Below are positions 13,101-26,519 of a DNA stretch of 64,000 nucleotides, one piece after another. This DNA comes from Orbicella franksi (lineage: Eukaryota): NCBI GenBank assembly GCA_964199315.1, contig OZ116703.1:17174001-17238000 (forward strand), in the 5' to 3' direction. Made by a program: the position numbers and the translations under genes. The notes under the pieces were generated by a model. The model ran no database searches, was not told the DNA's origin, and was given only the letters and a program-made list of their open reading frames with translations. Position 1 is the first letter of the stretch. Each line of letters begins with the position of its first letter.

Positions 13101-16100
13101 GCCTACAAACACACCTACAAGTTACTGTATTTTAACTGTGTTACGGTACACAATTTTACACAAACAGGGCAACCCTTAAGTAGCATTTAGCATTTAGCAA
13201 CTTATATTTTGCACACACTGATACTACCAATAAACAAAATTCGTGTTTACAGGTTCAGTACTCAGGTGTATATAAATTATTGGCACCGCGAATGGTTTGG
13301 GTAGAAATGACCATTTTCATTAACTTCCAAATCGCAAACAAAACTATGCCTTGATCATGCACTAGAAGTTTAATTGACAGCTTTAAATTCAAGTTGTTTG
13401 TTTACCTGATTAGGATGGAGGCAAACACAGTTTACAGGTGCATTAACTTGGAAAACTCTTTGACACTGTAAATTATGGGACCTGTAATCAAAAATAAAAA
13501 TGTCCCACATTTTCATTCCACAAAAGCAAGGTAAGGAGTAAAAGGTAGGAATGCCTATGGCTGGAAACTGAGCCTAGCATCCCCCTCCCCCGGTTCGCTT
13601 TCCCCTCCCCCAACATAAATAACCAAAATATTATATTATAATATTAAAATATTATAAACCTTACTGAAATGTAATTAGTTTGAACCCTCACATTCCTTTT
13701 TCTCGCAAAGAATTTATTAACAACAGTATGAGTGGATATGAGTCTCTATTTTACTGAGTTTGGAAGCAGCAAGGTCATTACTCACAGAGCCTGCTTAAAT
13801 AGTAATTTTGGATGCACATATATCTTGATAAAGGTCAAATCACAGAGGGACATACAGTACCGTAAGTCCCATATTCTGGCTGAGCAGTCCTCGCCACCAG
13901 TGAACATCCATTTACCATCCTCGTGAAATCCAACAGCAGTCACATTTTTTGACACACCGTCATAATTCACAACCTTACAAAAAGAACCAAAAGGTGAAGT
14001 TATTGGGTATTTCTTTCTTAAACTGACAGTTACAGGATACAACTTAGCAAAGCTAAGAATTCAATGAAAGTGTTTTTCAGTCCTACAGATCAGGAGCAAG
14101 ACATCAGTACCCGGAGTACAAAGACTTTCTACACGTTACTTTTGGTCAAAATGGTGCTAAAATTATGACCACCAAGTAACTAATTTTGCTTATACAAATA
14201 TGTGCCTAAATGAAGAACACTACCTAAAGATGACAATATGAAAATGAATTGTTAAATGAGAAAAAAATGTAATTTACTGGATTTCTGTGACATTTCCAAG
14301 ACAAAAGAAAGGGAAGATTATGAACTTGTTCCAATTTTCAACCTATACCTCGCTCATACATAACTCTTGATAAAAAAGTGCCTGTAATAGTCACAAAGCA
14401 TTTTGTCTAAATAATATTTTTTCCACAAACTGGATGATAACTTTTAACTTTCCATGGGATAAATGTGAAAATAATTTTTTTTGGACTTTTCAAAGTCATT
14501 TTCAAGATTGTGCCCTTTCGGAATTTTTATTCTTCTATGATAGTTAGGAAGTTGATTATCGTAAAATAGACTGATGGAAATACCATAAGTATAAATAAAG
14601 TCATTGTTCAAATTGTATTGTACCATTCTCATTACGGGATGAGGAGTATTGCTATCCCCTACCCCCAAGGGATGCTACTCCATCACCGATTGTCCCCCTC
14701 CCCCAGCATATATATTTTTGTGGTGTTGCCCTAGCCTGATAATTCGCTATTATTGATTCATATTTGTAAGTGGAGAAAAGCACTGTGGGAGTTAAGTGTC
14801 GTACTCAAGACCACGGTACATGTACAGTGACTCATGCCAGTGGAATCACAGACCCTCAAACTAAAAAAAGTTAATTAAATTATATTGCTAATAAAAGTAC
14901 TGTAAACATGAGACTTACCGGACTTGGATTATTTGAATTGATGTCATACATACGTATATGTTGATATCCTGAATCAAGAGCCAAAAGTAAACGAAACCAT
15001 TATTAAACAGTATGCAGTTTAAGAATAATAAAATTTGTCACTGGCAGCAACAAAGTGCAATAGGTCATTTTGTACATTCAAATTAATGAAAATTGATGTA
15101 TGGTTTATGATAAAAGTCCTAAGAGTATCAATTGACATGTTCAATTCAAATATCAAAATCAAATCAATAATGACCAATGAGCGATTTACAGATTGTGGAA
15201 ATTATGTTAATAATGTTACTAACAATAATGTAAAACTAATACCGTTACAAGCCATATCAAATACAGGTAACGTTTAGGTGTCTGAGGGGGTAGTACTACA
15301 GATGGCCTTCCAAGTGACTGTTTTCAAGTTGCAATTTGAGAGCTGAATCCTGATTTCAACTCTCATGCATTCAGTCATTGTGTCATTTTTTGGAGAGTAA
15401 GAAGGTCAACACACCCCCACCCCTCTCCCCCAAGTTGGAAGATGCCTGTAGGCATATGTTATTAACCGACACTGCAGGCCACTAAAGCTAGGGGCAGTAC
15501 TGAATAGATATCTAACCCTAATCATGCTTTAAAAATCAAATCCCAGTATTAATAATTATTTTCCTCACTAAAGTGTTCAACAAGTCATGTTATTCATACA
15601 TTAATCTTGACATAAATGTTTAGCAGGGGTGTCTTTAAGGACTGTAACCCACAACACCTGTTACAGCTGAGTATGACTGATGAACCCTTGATGTTACAGG
15701 TGAACTTGTTCATTGTTTGGACAGATATAAATAACTCAAAAAGCAACACGTTTGTTACAAGTGTGAAGATCAGGGGAACACATGACTCAAAACTTTAGTG
15801 ACAACCCTGATAAGTATTGAGTCATTTTGCAATTTAATAGATTTGAGTCCTTCCTGAGAATAAATGGCACTGGACTAATTACCTGCAGCTGCCAATAACT
15901 GCCTGTCTGGAGTAATCTGCATGGCATTGACTTGCTATGACAGCAGTTAAGGAATGTAACTAGCAAATATAATCAAAAGAACAACAAGACAATAGAATAA
16001 CATATCATTCCAGCAAATATTCGTGCCCGACCATGGAAGGATTTTTTTTGCCAGAACCCACCCACCCCTCTGTAAATTTCAGTTTAGTTAAAAACTTTCC

Positions 16101-17257
16101 TTTACAGTCAGTATGAATTTTAGCTTTTGATACCTTCAAAAAATACCCCTTAGAGTCAGGGCTAAGAAAAAAACTAAGCAGGCTCATTAAAAAACTCAGT
16201 CAGCTTTTCTGGCCTGTATTCCTTCAAAATTATATATATGTACGCAAGTGAACATATTTTGAAGAAAGCTGTTGAAGAAATTCAAATTACAGACTGAAGA
16301 ACTGTAAGAGAAGACACAATGGCATTTATTACATAAACACCAATGAAATACCAGGCAAGCTTTCTTGCAAAAACATGACATCTTCACAAGTAAAAATAGT
16401 ATTTTATTTTCATATGAGAAAAGAACACCGTTGCTAAGGTAACATAATAAATCACACCTTTCGCAGCAGAATTTTAATGGTTTGTTATTTCATTGGTGTT
16501 GATATAATAATAGAACATTACATGGCTGCTTGGAGATACAAAATTTCTCTTTTCATGTTGAAAAATATTTCACTTGTTCACTGAGCTGACCAAGTAAATA
16601 TTTTTCAACACTCGAACAGAAATTTTGTATCCCCACACGGCCATGTAATATCCTTTATTTATTTCAATTTTAAATTAATTGACCGTGCTAATATGAAATT
16701 TAGAAGCGGGAGGGGGGTGGGCACTAGTGAGAATGACTTTTTCTTTCACAACAACATGATATGTTGTTGTTTGCTTTTCTCGCGTTTCTTCCCTGTTTGA
16801 AGCAAATAACGTACAATCATAGTTCCAAAGAAAAAATCTTGCCCATGAATAGCAAGGTTACTAGGAGTTCCTGTGCATACGTTACCAGTGTGTCGGAGTA
16901 ACGACTCAAGAATATGGCTGACACATGTCAATGATAGTTGCCACTGGACAGAGGCAGAGCTGGGTCAGAACAAAACGTTAAAAGTCGGAACCAAGCATAA
17001 TTTAAAAATTATCACAGAAATCACCAAAAAACAAACAGCTCCCTTTTTGACCCATCTTTCAGTAATAAGAGAGGAAATATTCATTATTTACAAAGTAAAC
17101 AACACAATTAACACCTCGCATTTGTAAAAGATACAGAATCAGGATGCTGGACTGTGCGGTGACATATTCCGCTGTGTGCTTGCCAAAACTTAATGGCATG
17201 ATCATAGCCTGCTGTAGCCAGGATAACTGGTTCACTTGAACCATCTGCGTCAGTCAT
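10176..17257 (-). CDS. MLST8: Target of rapamycin complex subunit LST8 (WD40), 318 aa, 10 coding exons
   Basis: Exons 17135-17257, 15883-15934, 14919-14968, 13861-13973, 13406-13481, 12980-13054, 12460-12537, 11736-11863, 10781-10923, 10176-10294 total 957 nt in frame. Protein: [32 protein letters not shown]...[11 protein letters not shown]...[15 protein letters not shown]...[24 protein letters not shown]...[27 protein letters not shown]...[19 protein letters not shown] at 10160-10165 (minus). Confidence 0.97.
11415..11700 (+). mobile_element. tRNA-derived SINE in an MLST8 intron
   Basis: A/B-box-like head (tagcgcagtgg...gggttcaaatg), then gtgttgtgttcttggg...ctctcacag...ataaatggatacc...atggactagcgtcccatc...ggagataagc. 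An inverted relative lies at about 14640-14860. Confidence 0.55.
12175..12246. repeat. (ATC/GTT/ATT)n trinucleotide microsatellite
   Basis: tatcgttatcattatcgtt...attattattatt; explains the poly-Ile ORF 12134-12334. Confidence 0.9.
15935..17134 (-). other. U12-type (minor spliceosome) GT-AG intron of MLST8
   Basis: 5' splice site GTATCTTTT (consensus RTATCCTTT). Branch site TTCCTTAAC at 15946-15954, about 11 nt from the TAG acceptor, with no polypyrimidine tract. Confidence 0.85.
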
Positions 17258-17705
17258 CTTGCAGTTATCATTTGGGGATATTTACGTCGTGGAGTAAAAT
17301 TCTCAGAACTGGCTTTATTTGTGACCCTTCGCTCGTCTTTTCTTCTACTTCAGTTCATACTACATGAAGGAACTATTTGTTTTCAACTAAACCGCTGTCC
17401 TTTTACTGCGCTACTTGTTAAAATATTTTCTCAAGGGTAGGGAAGGTAACAGTAACTAAAATCACAAATCAGCATTGCGAAAATGTTCAACTTTACTGGC
17501 TAATCTTGAAGACAGGTAGTTCTTTCTTTCTTCTTTCAAGCTATAAAATTCAACATGAATCTTCCGCTTCGGTGAGTATATAAAACATGCCCAAGAAAAT
17601 TAAATGCAACATCTTACCCTCCCCTCCTTAATATTTCTCATTGATGTGACGCCTGGCACATTTTTGTTATGAGGGAGATGCTGGCGCCATTGATGTCCAA
17701 GCTTG
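17258..17705. promoter_or_regulatory. Shared head-to-head promoter/5'UTR region of MLST8 and ASTE1 copy 1
   Basis: Divergent ATGs only 448 nt apart. ETS-like CTTCCG at about 17561 and YY1-like CAATGGCG on the minus strand at about 17685-17692. Confidence 0.6.
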
Positions 17706-20700
17706 ATGGGGATTCCCGGACTTACAGGCTATATTAACTCAATCGGAACTCTTTGGACGTCGATCGATCTTCAAAACACAAAACTTGTCATAGACGGATC
17801 ATGTCTATCTCACTACCTTTATGTAAACAACGGCTTCGACTGCAGATGTGGCGGTCAGTACGATGAATTCTATCACGTTGTGCTTTCGTTTTTCGATGCC
17901 CTGATTTCTAACGGTGTAGAATCTTATGTGATCTTCGATGGGGCGCACCATCCAAGCGATAAAAAGATGGAAACGCTCAAGGCAAGAGCTCTGGAGAGGA
18001 TCAAGACTTCTAAAGCGTTGTCAAACTCTGCAGACGATAGGCTCTTTCTACGTCCGCTCTTGTCAAAGCTTGTTTTTCTACAGGCACTGAGGAATCGCGG
18101 CGTAAAATTTGCGGTCTGTGATAGGTAGGGAATGACAAAATCAATGATGATTTCCAGAGATAAGCATAAAAAATAGTCGTAGGAAAAGTCCACTTTGGAA
18201 AGCCTTTCACAAGGGTCGAGATGGACAGAACTGGAGATAGGCGGACTCCCCACGGGGTTTATTGTTCCGGGAAAGCCAACAGCTAAAATAATCATCAAAA
18301 ATAGTGATTAGAATAGAAAAAAAGTTCTAGCTCGCTAACAGTAACTATGGCAGTCTTTCACATAAACCTTTAAGGGATTTTATCAACAGAGACTCAGAGA
18401 GATGAAACACTGAAGTTCAATGTACGGAGTGAAAAGGGGAATATAATGACTTGGGATCGTCTACGGAATGGTGTCTAGGGGAAGTCATAGAACCGTGGAG
18501 TGTCAAGCTAGAGAGGGTGACATATCATCAACAGGTCCGGATTCAAAGAGATTTGTACCTACTTTTCTCTACTCGATTCCGACAAATTAACCTGGGAACT
18601 TCAAAGTGTCACGTTTTGTTGTAGTCGTTGATTGGGAAGTTACAAGTGAGTATTTTTTGACCAATTGACATAAAACTTTCTTTTCTCTAACCATGGAACT
18701 TATGAAGATCACCAGAATGGAGTAGCCTTTTTCATGTAAGTGTTTCAGTAAAGTGAAGTGAAGTGGTCTTGAGAAATGAGAGAGAATGTTACTTATTTTT
18801 GGGATGTGTTTACAATACTAACTGCCCTTTGTTATAATTTTTATCCTAACCTGGAGAATCTTTACACTAAAGTCGACTTTTGGAAGTCAATGTTACACAG
18901 AATTTGGGTTCACATGTTATCTTCGACTTGTTTTTTTTATCTCATCAGTGAAGCCGACACGGAAATTGCCTCCCTTGCTCGTGCCTGGAACTGTCCCGTG
19001 CTGAGCAGTGATAGTGACTTCTTCATCTTTGATATCAAAGCAGGTTACATCCCTCTTACTTTCCTCAACTGGAACTCTGATCATTTGACAGCCAGTGTTT
19101 TCTATCGGAAAAAAATGGCATCGCACTTTCGAATTCGCCCGGAATTGATTCCTCTGTTAGCTTCTTTAGCAGGGAACGATTACGTGAGTTCTGATACATT
19201 AGCTGCGTTCAATCTCGCACTAAATCGCGTTCAGACTTCGGGCGGTTTTGGGAGAAGAGGAGCAAGATTTGCAACCATCGCTAACATGCTCTCCGAACTA
19301 CCTGACTCAAGCACAGAAGAGGAGGCGTTAAAATACGCCCTACAAACGGTACCGTCGCCAGGGAGCAGAGATCAACTTAGACAAGCTGTTGAGCATTCTC
19401 TTCAGGAATACACGATCACGGAATCGATTTTATTGCGCTATTTCCAGGATGGCGTGATCAGTAGTTCCCTAAGAACCCAAAACGGCCACGAAATCAACGA
19501 GTGGCTTTTGCGCAGGTTCCGCGATGGATACTTTGCCTCTACATGTATGAGTGGCTTAACGGTGGGCAAATTCTTGCTGGGAACTTTGGTCGAGAATTGT
19601 CGGGAAATATCGGCAAATCGCTGTTCTCTGTGGCTGAGGCGGTTTGTGTATGGGATTTTGAACGATGCTGCTACTCACGGAGCGGAGGGTAATTTAACAA
19701 TGGTCCAAGAATGGGACAGAGAGGGTTTGACGGTCAAGCCGTCAAATGTGGTACCTTACCAAGAGGGCGTGGTCCCCAGTGTGAGCCTCATCCCATACCT
19801 TGATACCGAAGAACGTTTGACGTTTCTATTTTTTGCGCTCGACGTGGACACAACGCACATCAAGTACTTGCCGGATGAGTTCAAATTAATTGTAGGGTCA
19901 CTTCGTTTACTCCTCACTAACGCTCAGCCAATGTTAGAGATGAACCACCTCGTCGCTTTACTCTGCTGTTTCGTTAACTTACAAGAAGATTCGGTTGAAC
20001 AGAAAGAAACCCCTACAAATAGAAAACGTTTTTCTCAGCCGTTTGATCTGCGAGCGGCACAAAGTTTTGCTCAGTGGCAGTGTGTGTTGAGAGATGCCAT
20101 TCACCTGAATGTAACTTTGCTTGAGCCCGTACCTACACCCTACATTCACAAGACTTTCAATGGAAAACTGGCGCATAGTTTGCGAAAAGGATTGGATCAA
20201 GGTATAAAGACTTACAACGAACTTTTATGTTCATATTTATGCTCTTGTCACTAGAAATTCCATTAATATTTTATCGCGAACGCGCAAGATTTTCTAGTTG
20301 CGCCTGACCTGGTTTTCGTTACGCTAGGAGCCCTTCGTGCCTCTTTGTCACGTAAGAGGGCCCAACTTAGGTTTGGCGGTATGCGAGCTGAGAGTAAAAA
20401 TGAAGAGGGGTACGGGATGACAAGGCTTTTAATGGCGGGATGCGAGATAAAAATATTTCGGTGGGAACGGGATTTGCTCATATTGGCAGACGGGATGCGG
20501 GATGAAAAACAGAAAATCACACGTTTCGCGGAGAACTGTGACTCTAACCAGGCGGGATGAAGATAAATATTCTGACTGGCGTGGGATGGGGGGATTGAGC
20601 CAAAAATAGTGACGGGATGCGGGATAAAATAGCCTATGGTGGCCCCTCATGTAAGGGCATTTAAATCACGGCCACTTTTCACTTCATGCAACCTAATTTA

Positions 20701-21023
20701 AGTTTTTATTATTTTTCTTTTCAATGCAAGAGTAAATTTAAGTACCAGTCTTTCTTTCTTTCGTCCCTTGTTTTTCTTCAGGTCGTACACCAGAGCAGCT
20801 GATTCCTTCTTTCGGACTGTTTCGCTTGTTCCACAGACTTAAAATCGCGGTAACCAGCGACCTGTTAGAAAAGATGGCGACGAACGAGAGACACGATGGC
20901 AAAAAGATTATTAAGGAGAAATCCCGGTCAACAGTCGGGACATCAAATGCGGCATTATCCTCGGACGAAACCTTGGAAAATCGTTTTTCACTTTTGTGTG
21001 ACATTGGAGAACAACAAAGCTAA
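17706..21023 (+). CDS. ASTE1: Protein asteroid homolog 1-like PIN nuclease, copy 1 (canonical C-terminus), 637 aa
   Basis: Exons 17706-18124, 18949-20201, 20782-21023 total 1914 nt in frame. Motifs MGIPGL, LVIDG, GGQYDEF, IFDGA, SEAD, NCPVLSSDSDF, AGND, FAQWQCVL; ends ENRFSLLCDIGEQQS. Confidence 0.93.
20353..20650. mobile_element. MITE-like repeat with internal ggcgggatgcgggat motifs
   Basis: Inverted ends aagagggcccaacttagg / cctatggtggcccctcat; repeated gggatgcggga motifs. Lies in intron 2 of ASTE1 copy 1. Confidence 0.5.
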
Positions 21024-22256
21024 GCCAATGAAACGTAACTTACCGGAGATCTAACCCGAGATCAAGTTAATAATACCAGTTATCGCCCAACATAGTTATC
21101 ACTATGGACTTGTCGCCAAATAAAAGGACGAATTCTACTGGCGATGTGCGGATCATGTGACGTACTTCCAAAGACTCGAGGTATTTGTTTCTTTTGGACT
21201 GATTGGCGATCGAAAACTGTTCGAAACTTCTACGAGAATTTAACAGCATGTAGAATTGTACCTGTTTTCCTGTCTGAAATTGCCAAACGACGAAAGTCTT
21301 CTTTTTTTCTTTTTTATAGACAAAGTTTAGTTTTTTTAGTTTTAGTCACACAACATAAAGTTTTAACAAACCTACTTTTTGAGCCTCCATTGAAAGGTGA
21401 CGTAATAGCGTTCGCAATGTACAAGGAGGTTGGTCCAAAGGATTGTGGTTAAATTTTTCACTTTGTGTTTCTTTTACATATACAATTCTTATCCGATGAA
21501 AAAGTAAAAGATACTATAATGATCTTAGCAATAAACACCTTTGTTTACAAAACCTTGTCTTCTTTTTGTTTTAAGGGCTCGTTAAAATTGAGCGTCCTTC
21601 TTCGAATTCTTCGAGCGATTTTTGCTTGAATTTTAAGATTTAATCCCAAAACCAGTCAAGCTTTCCTCGTAAGGTAACATTTCAGAGACGGCAAGGTTAA
21701 AAAAATGACAATACAGACCACTGTACTTCAGTGTAAGTTGTCGTCAAATGAAAACAAAAAACAAACGAACAGAGAAACAAACCAAATTTTTACATTTATT
21801 TCAAGGCTAATACGACTGGACCATCACTCGACAAATTTTGAAAAAGTCTAAGATTAACAACAAAATTAACGTGGCTGAGAACTATAAATCGAACCTCTTC
21901 TAATAGCCACCTCTCAACAGCGACCACATATTTTCATCCCAAATATTTTCATCCCAGTTGAGAGATTCAGTTTGCCGCTTCTTCCGGACGAACCGCCACT
22001 TGGGGCAGGGAGCGAAGAAGGACGGCTGTTTTCGCAGGCCATGTTTTAATTTCCCAACAATGGCCACCTCCCCACAATTGCCAGAGAAGTTAGACTGCAA
22101 ATTTAAGACTGTGACCTCCACTGGAAACACAAAAAAGCTTAAAATATCGCGTGCTTAACACGCCTGACTAACTTCATATTATAATTTAATTGTAGGCATA
22201 AAGTTGCTTGCGTAGGCGATTTTGTCTCGGTTTCGTGCAACTGAGTCATTTGAGAG

Positions 22257-25200
22257 ATGGGCGTTCGAGGACTTACCAGTTACATTAACTCAATCGGGAG
22301 TCTTTGGACACAAACTGAGCTTCGAAATACAAAGCTTGTCATTGATGGACCTGGCGTATGTAACTGCCTTTACGTGGACAGTGGCTTCGACCGTCAATTT
22401 GGAGGCCAATACGAGGAGTTTTACAAAGTCGTTCTGTCGTTTTTCGACGCTCTGGATTCTCGGGGTGTAGATTCCTTTGTAGTGCTCGATGGCGCTCATG
22501 ATCGAAGCGATAAAAAGTTAGACACTTTCAAGAAAAGATCAGTGTAGAGGATCCAAGCTGGTGACGCGCTGTGCAACGGTAGATCAACTGATGGTGATGT
22601 CTTCGTTCTGCCGCTTTTGTCAAATCTTGTCTTTGTGCAAGCGCTCAGGGATCGCGGTGTAAAATTTGCTGTTCCTGACTGGTAAGTTTTAACGCAATGT
22701 AAAATAAAGTAGATTTTACAGATAATGATAACGTAGGAACAACAAAATAGCGAGCGTCTTTTCTGCGAAGTCATTATCCTCTCTGCGAAGCTTGCGTCCT
22801 GTCTGGTCTTTCTGCGAAGCAAGGCGTCTTTTCTGTGAAGTGTGTGTCCTTTCTGCGAAGTGCTCTTCCTTCCTGCGTCTAATACAGGAAGGATGTTCAA
22901 ATGTGGGCTATAAAATGCTGAGCTTTGCAGTGTAAATGAATGAATGGTAATTAATTTTGTAATTCAGTTTGTTATCGTAAGCGGTTTCCTGTTTCAGTTT
23001 CGCTTTTGCACGCAGTCCCTATCACGCAACAAGGAAATGCTGCGCAACGAACCCAAACAATAGTGTGAAAAGATTGTGTAAATGAGGTTGATGAAAGTAA
23101 ACAGGAGTATTTTGTGTACGATCTTATACCTATTTCTACAGGAACGATCGCTGACTTGAAAAGAGTGAAACTGGCTTACTTCAATTTCCGCTTCTACTTG
23201 AGCTTGTTTATGTCAATGAGTAGTAAGTGAATCGGGACTGCAAGAGAGCCTTTCCCTGTTTCAGTAAGGAGAGCTGCACTTGTAATATTCCCGGCTTAAA
23301 CCGGTCACATTGGGCCAGGGATTATACAAAACATCAGTTACTAGTAAGTTAACATACAGTTAGTGCTAACTGCACTCCCAACACTGCAACCCGGAAATCA
23401 AACTGATGTATAACGCCAGAAGTCTAAAAAGTTTCAAATTTGTCATTTCGTACATATGCGCACGCAATGTAAGGCATACTTTTTGTTACTTCATACTCCT
23501 TCCAGATTACGAAGGACGAATTAACTAGCTGTAATTTTCATGTTTCTTTTCAGTGAAGCGGATTCTGAAGTCGCCTCCTTGGCCAACGCTTATAACTGCC
23601 CTGTATTAAGCAATGACAGCGATTTCTTTATCTTTGATATCGAAGCAGGCTACATCCCACTTTCCTCTTTCGACTGGAAGTCTAGTCGCCTAACAGCCAA
23701 AATTTTCCATCGGAGAAAATTGGCGTCACACTTAAGAATTCACGCAGAATTGCTGCCTATGTTCGCTTCTTTAGTGGGCAATGATTACGTCAGCATTGAT
23801 GCATTGGAACCGTTCATCCATGCCCTTAGTCGCAGTCAGTATTCCATGGATCATTCTAGCAAGAAAGAAGCCAGATTTGCTGGGATCGCAAATATGCTTT
23901 CCACCGTACCTGACAAATTTGTTCTCCAAATGGTGTCGTCTTATGGCGGGATTCAACTAAGGCAAGCTGTTGAGCATTCTCTACAAGAGTACTCGATCAC
24001 AGACTCGAATTTGTTGCGCTATTTCCAAAAACGCGTGATCAGTAGTTCTCTCAGAACCCAAAACGGCCGAGAAATCGACGAGTGGCTTTTGCGCAAGTTC
24101 CGAGAAGGACAGTTTTCTACTAATTGTATGAGCGGCTTAACATCGGGAAAGGTCTTGCTCAGATTCCAGGTTGAAAACTGTCGGGAAAAGTCGGCGAATT
24201 ACTGCTCCCAGAAGCTGAGGCGGTTTGTTTATGGGATTTTAAACGATGATGAAGTTTACAACCGGAGAGGAAATGTAGCGATGGTTGAAGAATGGGACAG
24301 AGAGGGTTTGACGGTGAAGCCGTCAAATGTTACTCCCTACCAAGAGGGTGTGGTCCGAGTGAGTCTTATCCCATGCCTTGATGCTGAAAACAGACTAACG
24401 GTTTTGCTAAATGCGCTTAATTCAAATACACCTTCCATAAGATTGTTGCCGGAGAAGTTTAAATTAATTGCAGCGTCACTTCGTTTTCTCAAGAGCAACG
24501 CACAGCCACCTTTGAAGACGAATCACCTTACCGCCATACTCTGCAGTTGTATTAAACTACAGGACGGCTCGTGGAAACAATACATCTCCCTATCTCAGTC
24601 GTTTGATCGGCAAGCGGCACAAAGTTTTGCTCAGTGGCAGTGTGTTTTGAGAGATGCTGTTCATCTGAACTTTGTTTTGATTGAGCCTGTTGAAACACCA
24701 TGTATTCACAAAACGTTTAATGGACGACTGGCGCACTGTCTGCTGAGCGAACTTGATCGAGGTCAGTCTCCTTCCTGATAAATGCTTGCTTGTTTCTTTT
24801 TATTTCAAGGGGGAGGGAGGAGGGGAGGGGGATCGCGTAGAGTTTATGCCAATGTTTGTTTCGTTCCGATATTTTTTGTTGGTATAGTGAGAGAGTCCAT
24901 GCACTGTTAACGCTGCACTTTGCCACAATGTTTCCAGGAACTTGTTCTGTTTTCTTTTGTTCTCTAAATGTCAAGAATTTATCTCCTTAGCCATTGCCGT
25001 ACCTAGAACATTTGAAAGGAGCAATGTCAACTAGTAGTTTTGTCAACCTCGTGCCCAGGGAGCTTTGAAGGGATAAGCCTTGGTCACGAGTTGGCTTCAA
25101 ATCGAGGGCGACCATAAACTAAGAGACTAACACATAGGTGAAAGAACCTTAGGTAATGATAAACTGAAACAAGATCTAGGTTTGTTGTGATTGATCGATT

Positions 25201-26486
25201 TCAAATTTAAAATTGAAACAATAAGACAAAATTTTTTGATATGTGCTATCCATTGTTGTTAGGTCCCGCGAGGTTTTTCAAATTAACATAAATATTTCCT
25301 CTCTCATTCAGGTCGCATGCCAGAAGAGTTGCTTCCGTCTTACAACAATCGCTTTCTTTACAACGAAATTTGCAATGCGTTGGAGATAGAAGGTAGAATA
25401 AGAACGTTCTCAATTACAATTTACTTTTCGTTTTATAACTACTCTCATTGTTAATTTAACGTTGTTTAAAAAAATCGTTTTGAAGCGTTAACGATGTACA
25501 AACGTAACTTCATTATCATGTATTTTACAATTATCTAAAGAATACCTGCTTGAAAAGGAGACTGAAAAGCAATCAGTGTTTTAGCATGAGTTCACTGTCC
25601 GTGAAGAATGTCGGACGAGTGAAAACAATATGAATGGGATTGGGGCGAGAGGATGAACGGTGAACCCGAAGAGAACTCAATCTACTTAAAAAACTGATTA
25701 ACATTAATCGAAAACATGAGACAACACAGCGTAAGAAATTAGTTTAAAGTTGATAAGGTACAAAACTAAGCTATTGGATTGGCTTAATCTGACTTTGAGT
25801 AGCCACGAGTCCAAATTAGTAATCCATCTTTTGTTTTATTTTATCTTCCTTCCTGGTGATTATAGGCAAGATTAGCGTTGGCCTGAACACAAAATATCCT
25901 GGTGTCACACATCCAAAGTCGTACCAAACATGGGACAGTTGCCGTCCCCCGGCCCAATCTTACGCTCCCCTGGACATCAGGAGTGCTGTTTACAGGTACA
26001 AATATGTTCTTTTTATCTACCCCTTTCCCATCCCATTCCCCCCGTTTTCTTTTCTTTCTTTTTTTTTTCGTCCCCTTGACGATTATAAAGAATATTGAAT
26101 GCCTGTAAACAGACTATTTTTCCACAGACTACACGGGAAAAACTTTTATGATTTTATTAAATCTGATTACTTTATTAACAAGTTCCTAAGACAAGTTCCC
26201 CTCTTCAGTACATACAAAACGAGACGAACGAAGTAGAACACACCAAGTGGACAAAGTCTTGATGTACTGCCAAATTCTCAGAACTTCCTGTAAAGGAATT
26301 GCGTCGCAAACAGTTTAGAGAATTAATGTTGTAATAGCTCTTGCATGGCTGGTAAAAGACGCTAAATAGTGTCGAGTTCAAGTTGTAACTTCATTTAGGT
26401 GACAGCTCCATTTAATTTATTTTCAGTCCAGCAAAACGATGGGAAGCACATGGTCATACACGACAGACAAACCAGGTGTCTACGAG

Positions 26487-26519
<33 letters not shown>

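Noticed and set aside
18776-18948. N-terminal 57 aa of the 492-aa ORF and the in-frame read-through ends of the large ASTE1 ORFs
   Set aside because: Intronic extensions; homology and canonical AG/GT sites place exon 2 at 18949-20201, and likewise in the other copies.
22768-22862. Five ttctgcgaag-like repeats with variable spacers (CRISPR-like look)
   Set aside because: Repeats are only about 10 nt, spacers are 10-19 nt and similar to each other, the context is a eukaryotic intron and there are no cas genes; a decayed minisatellite.
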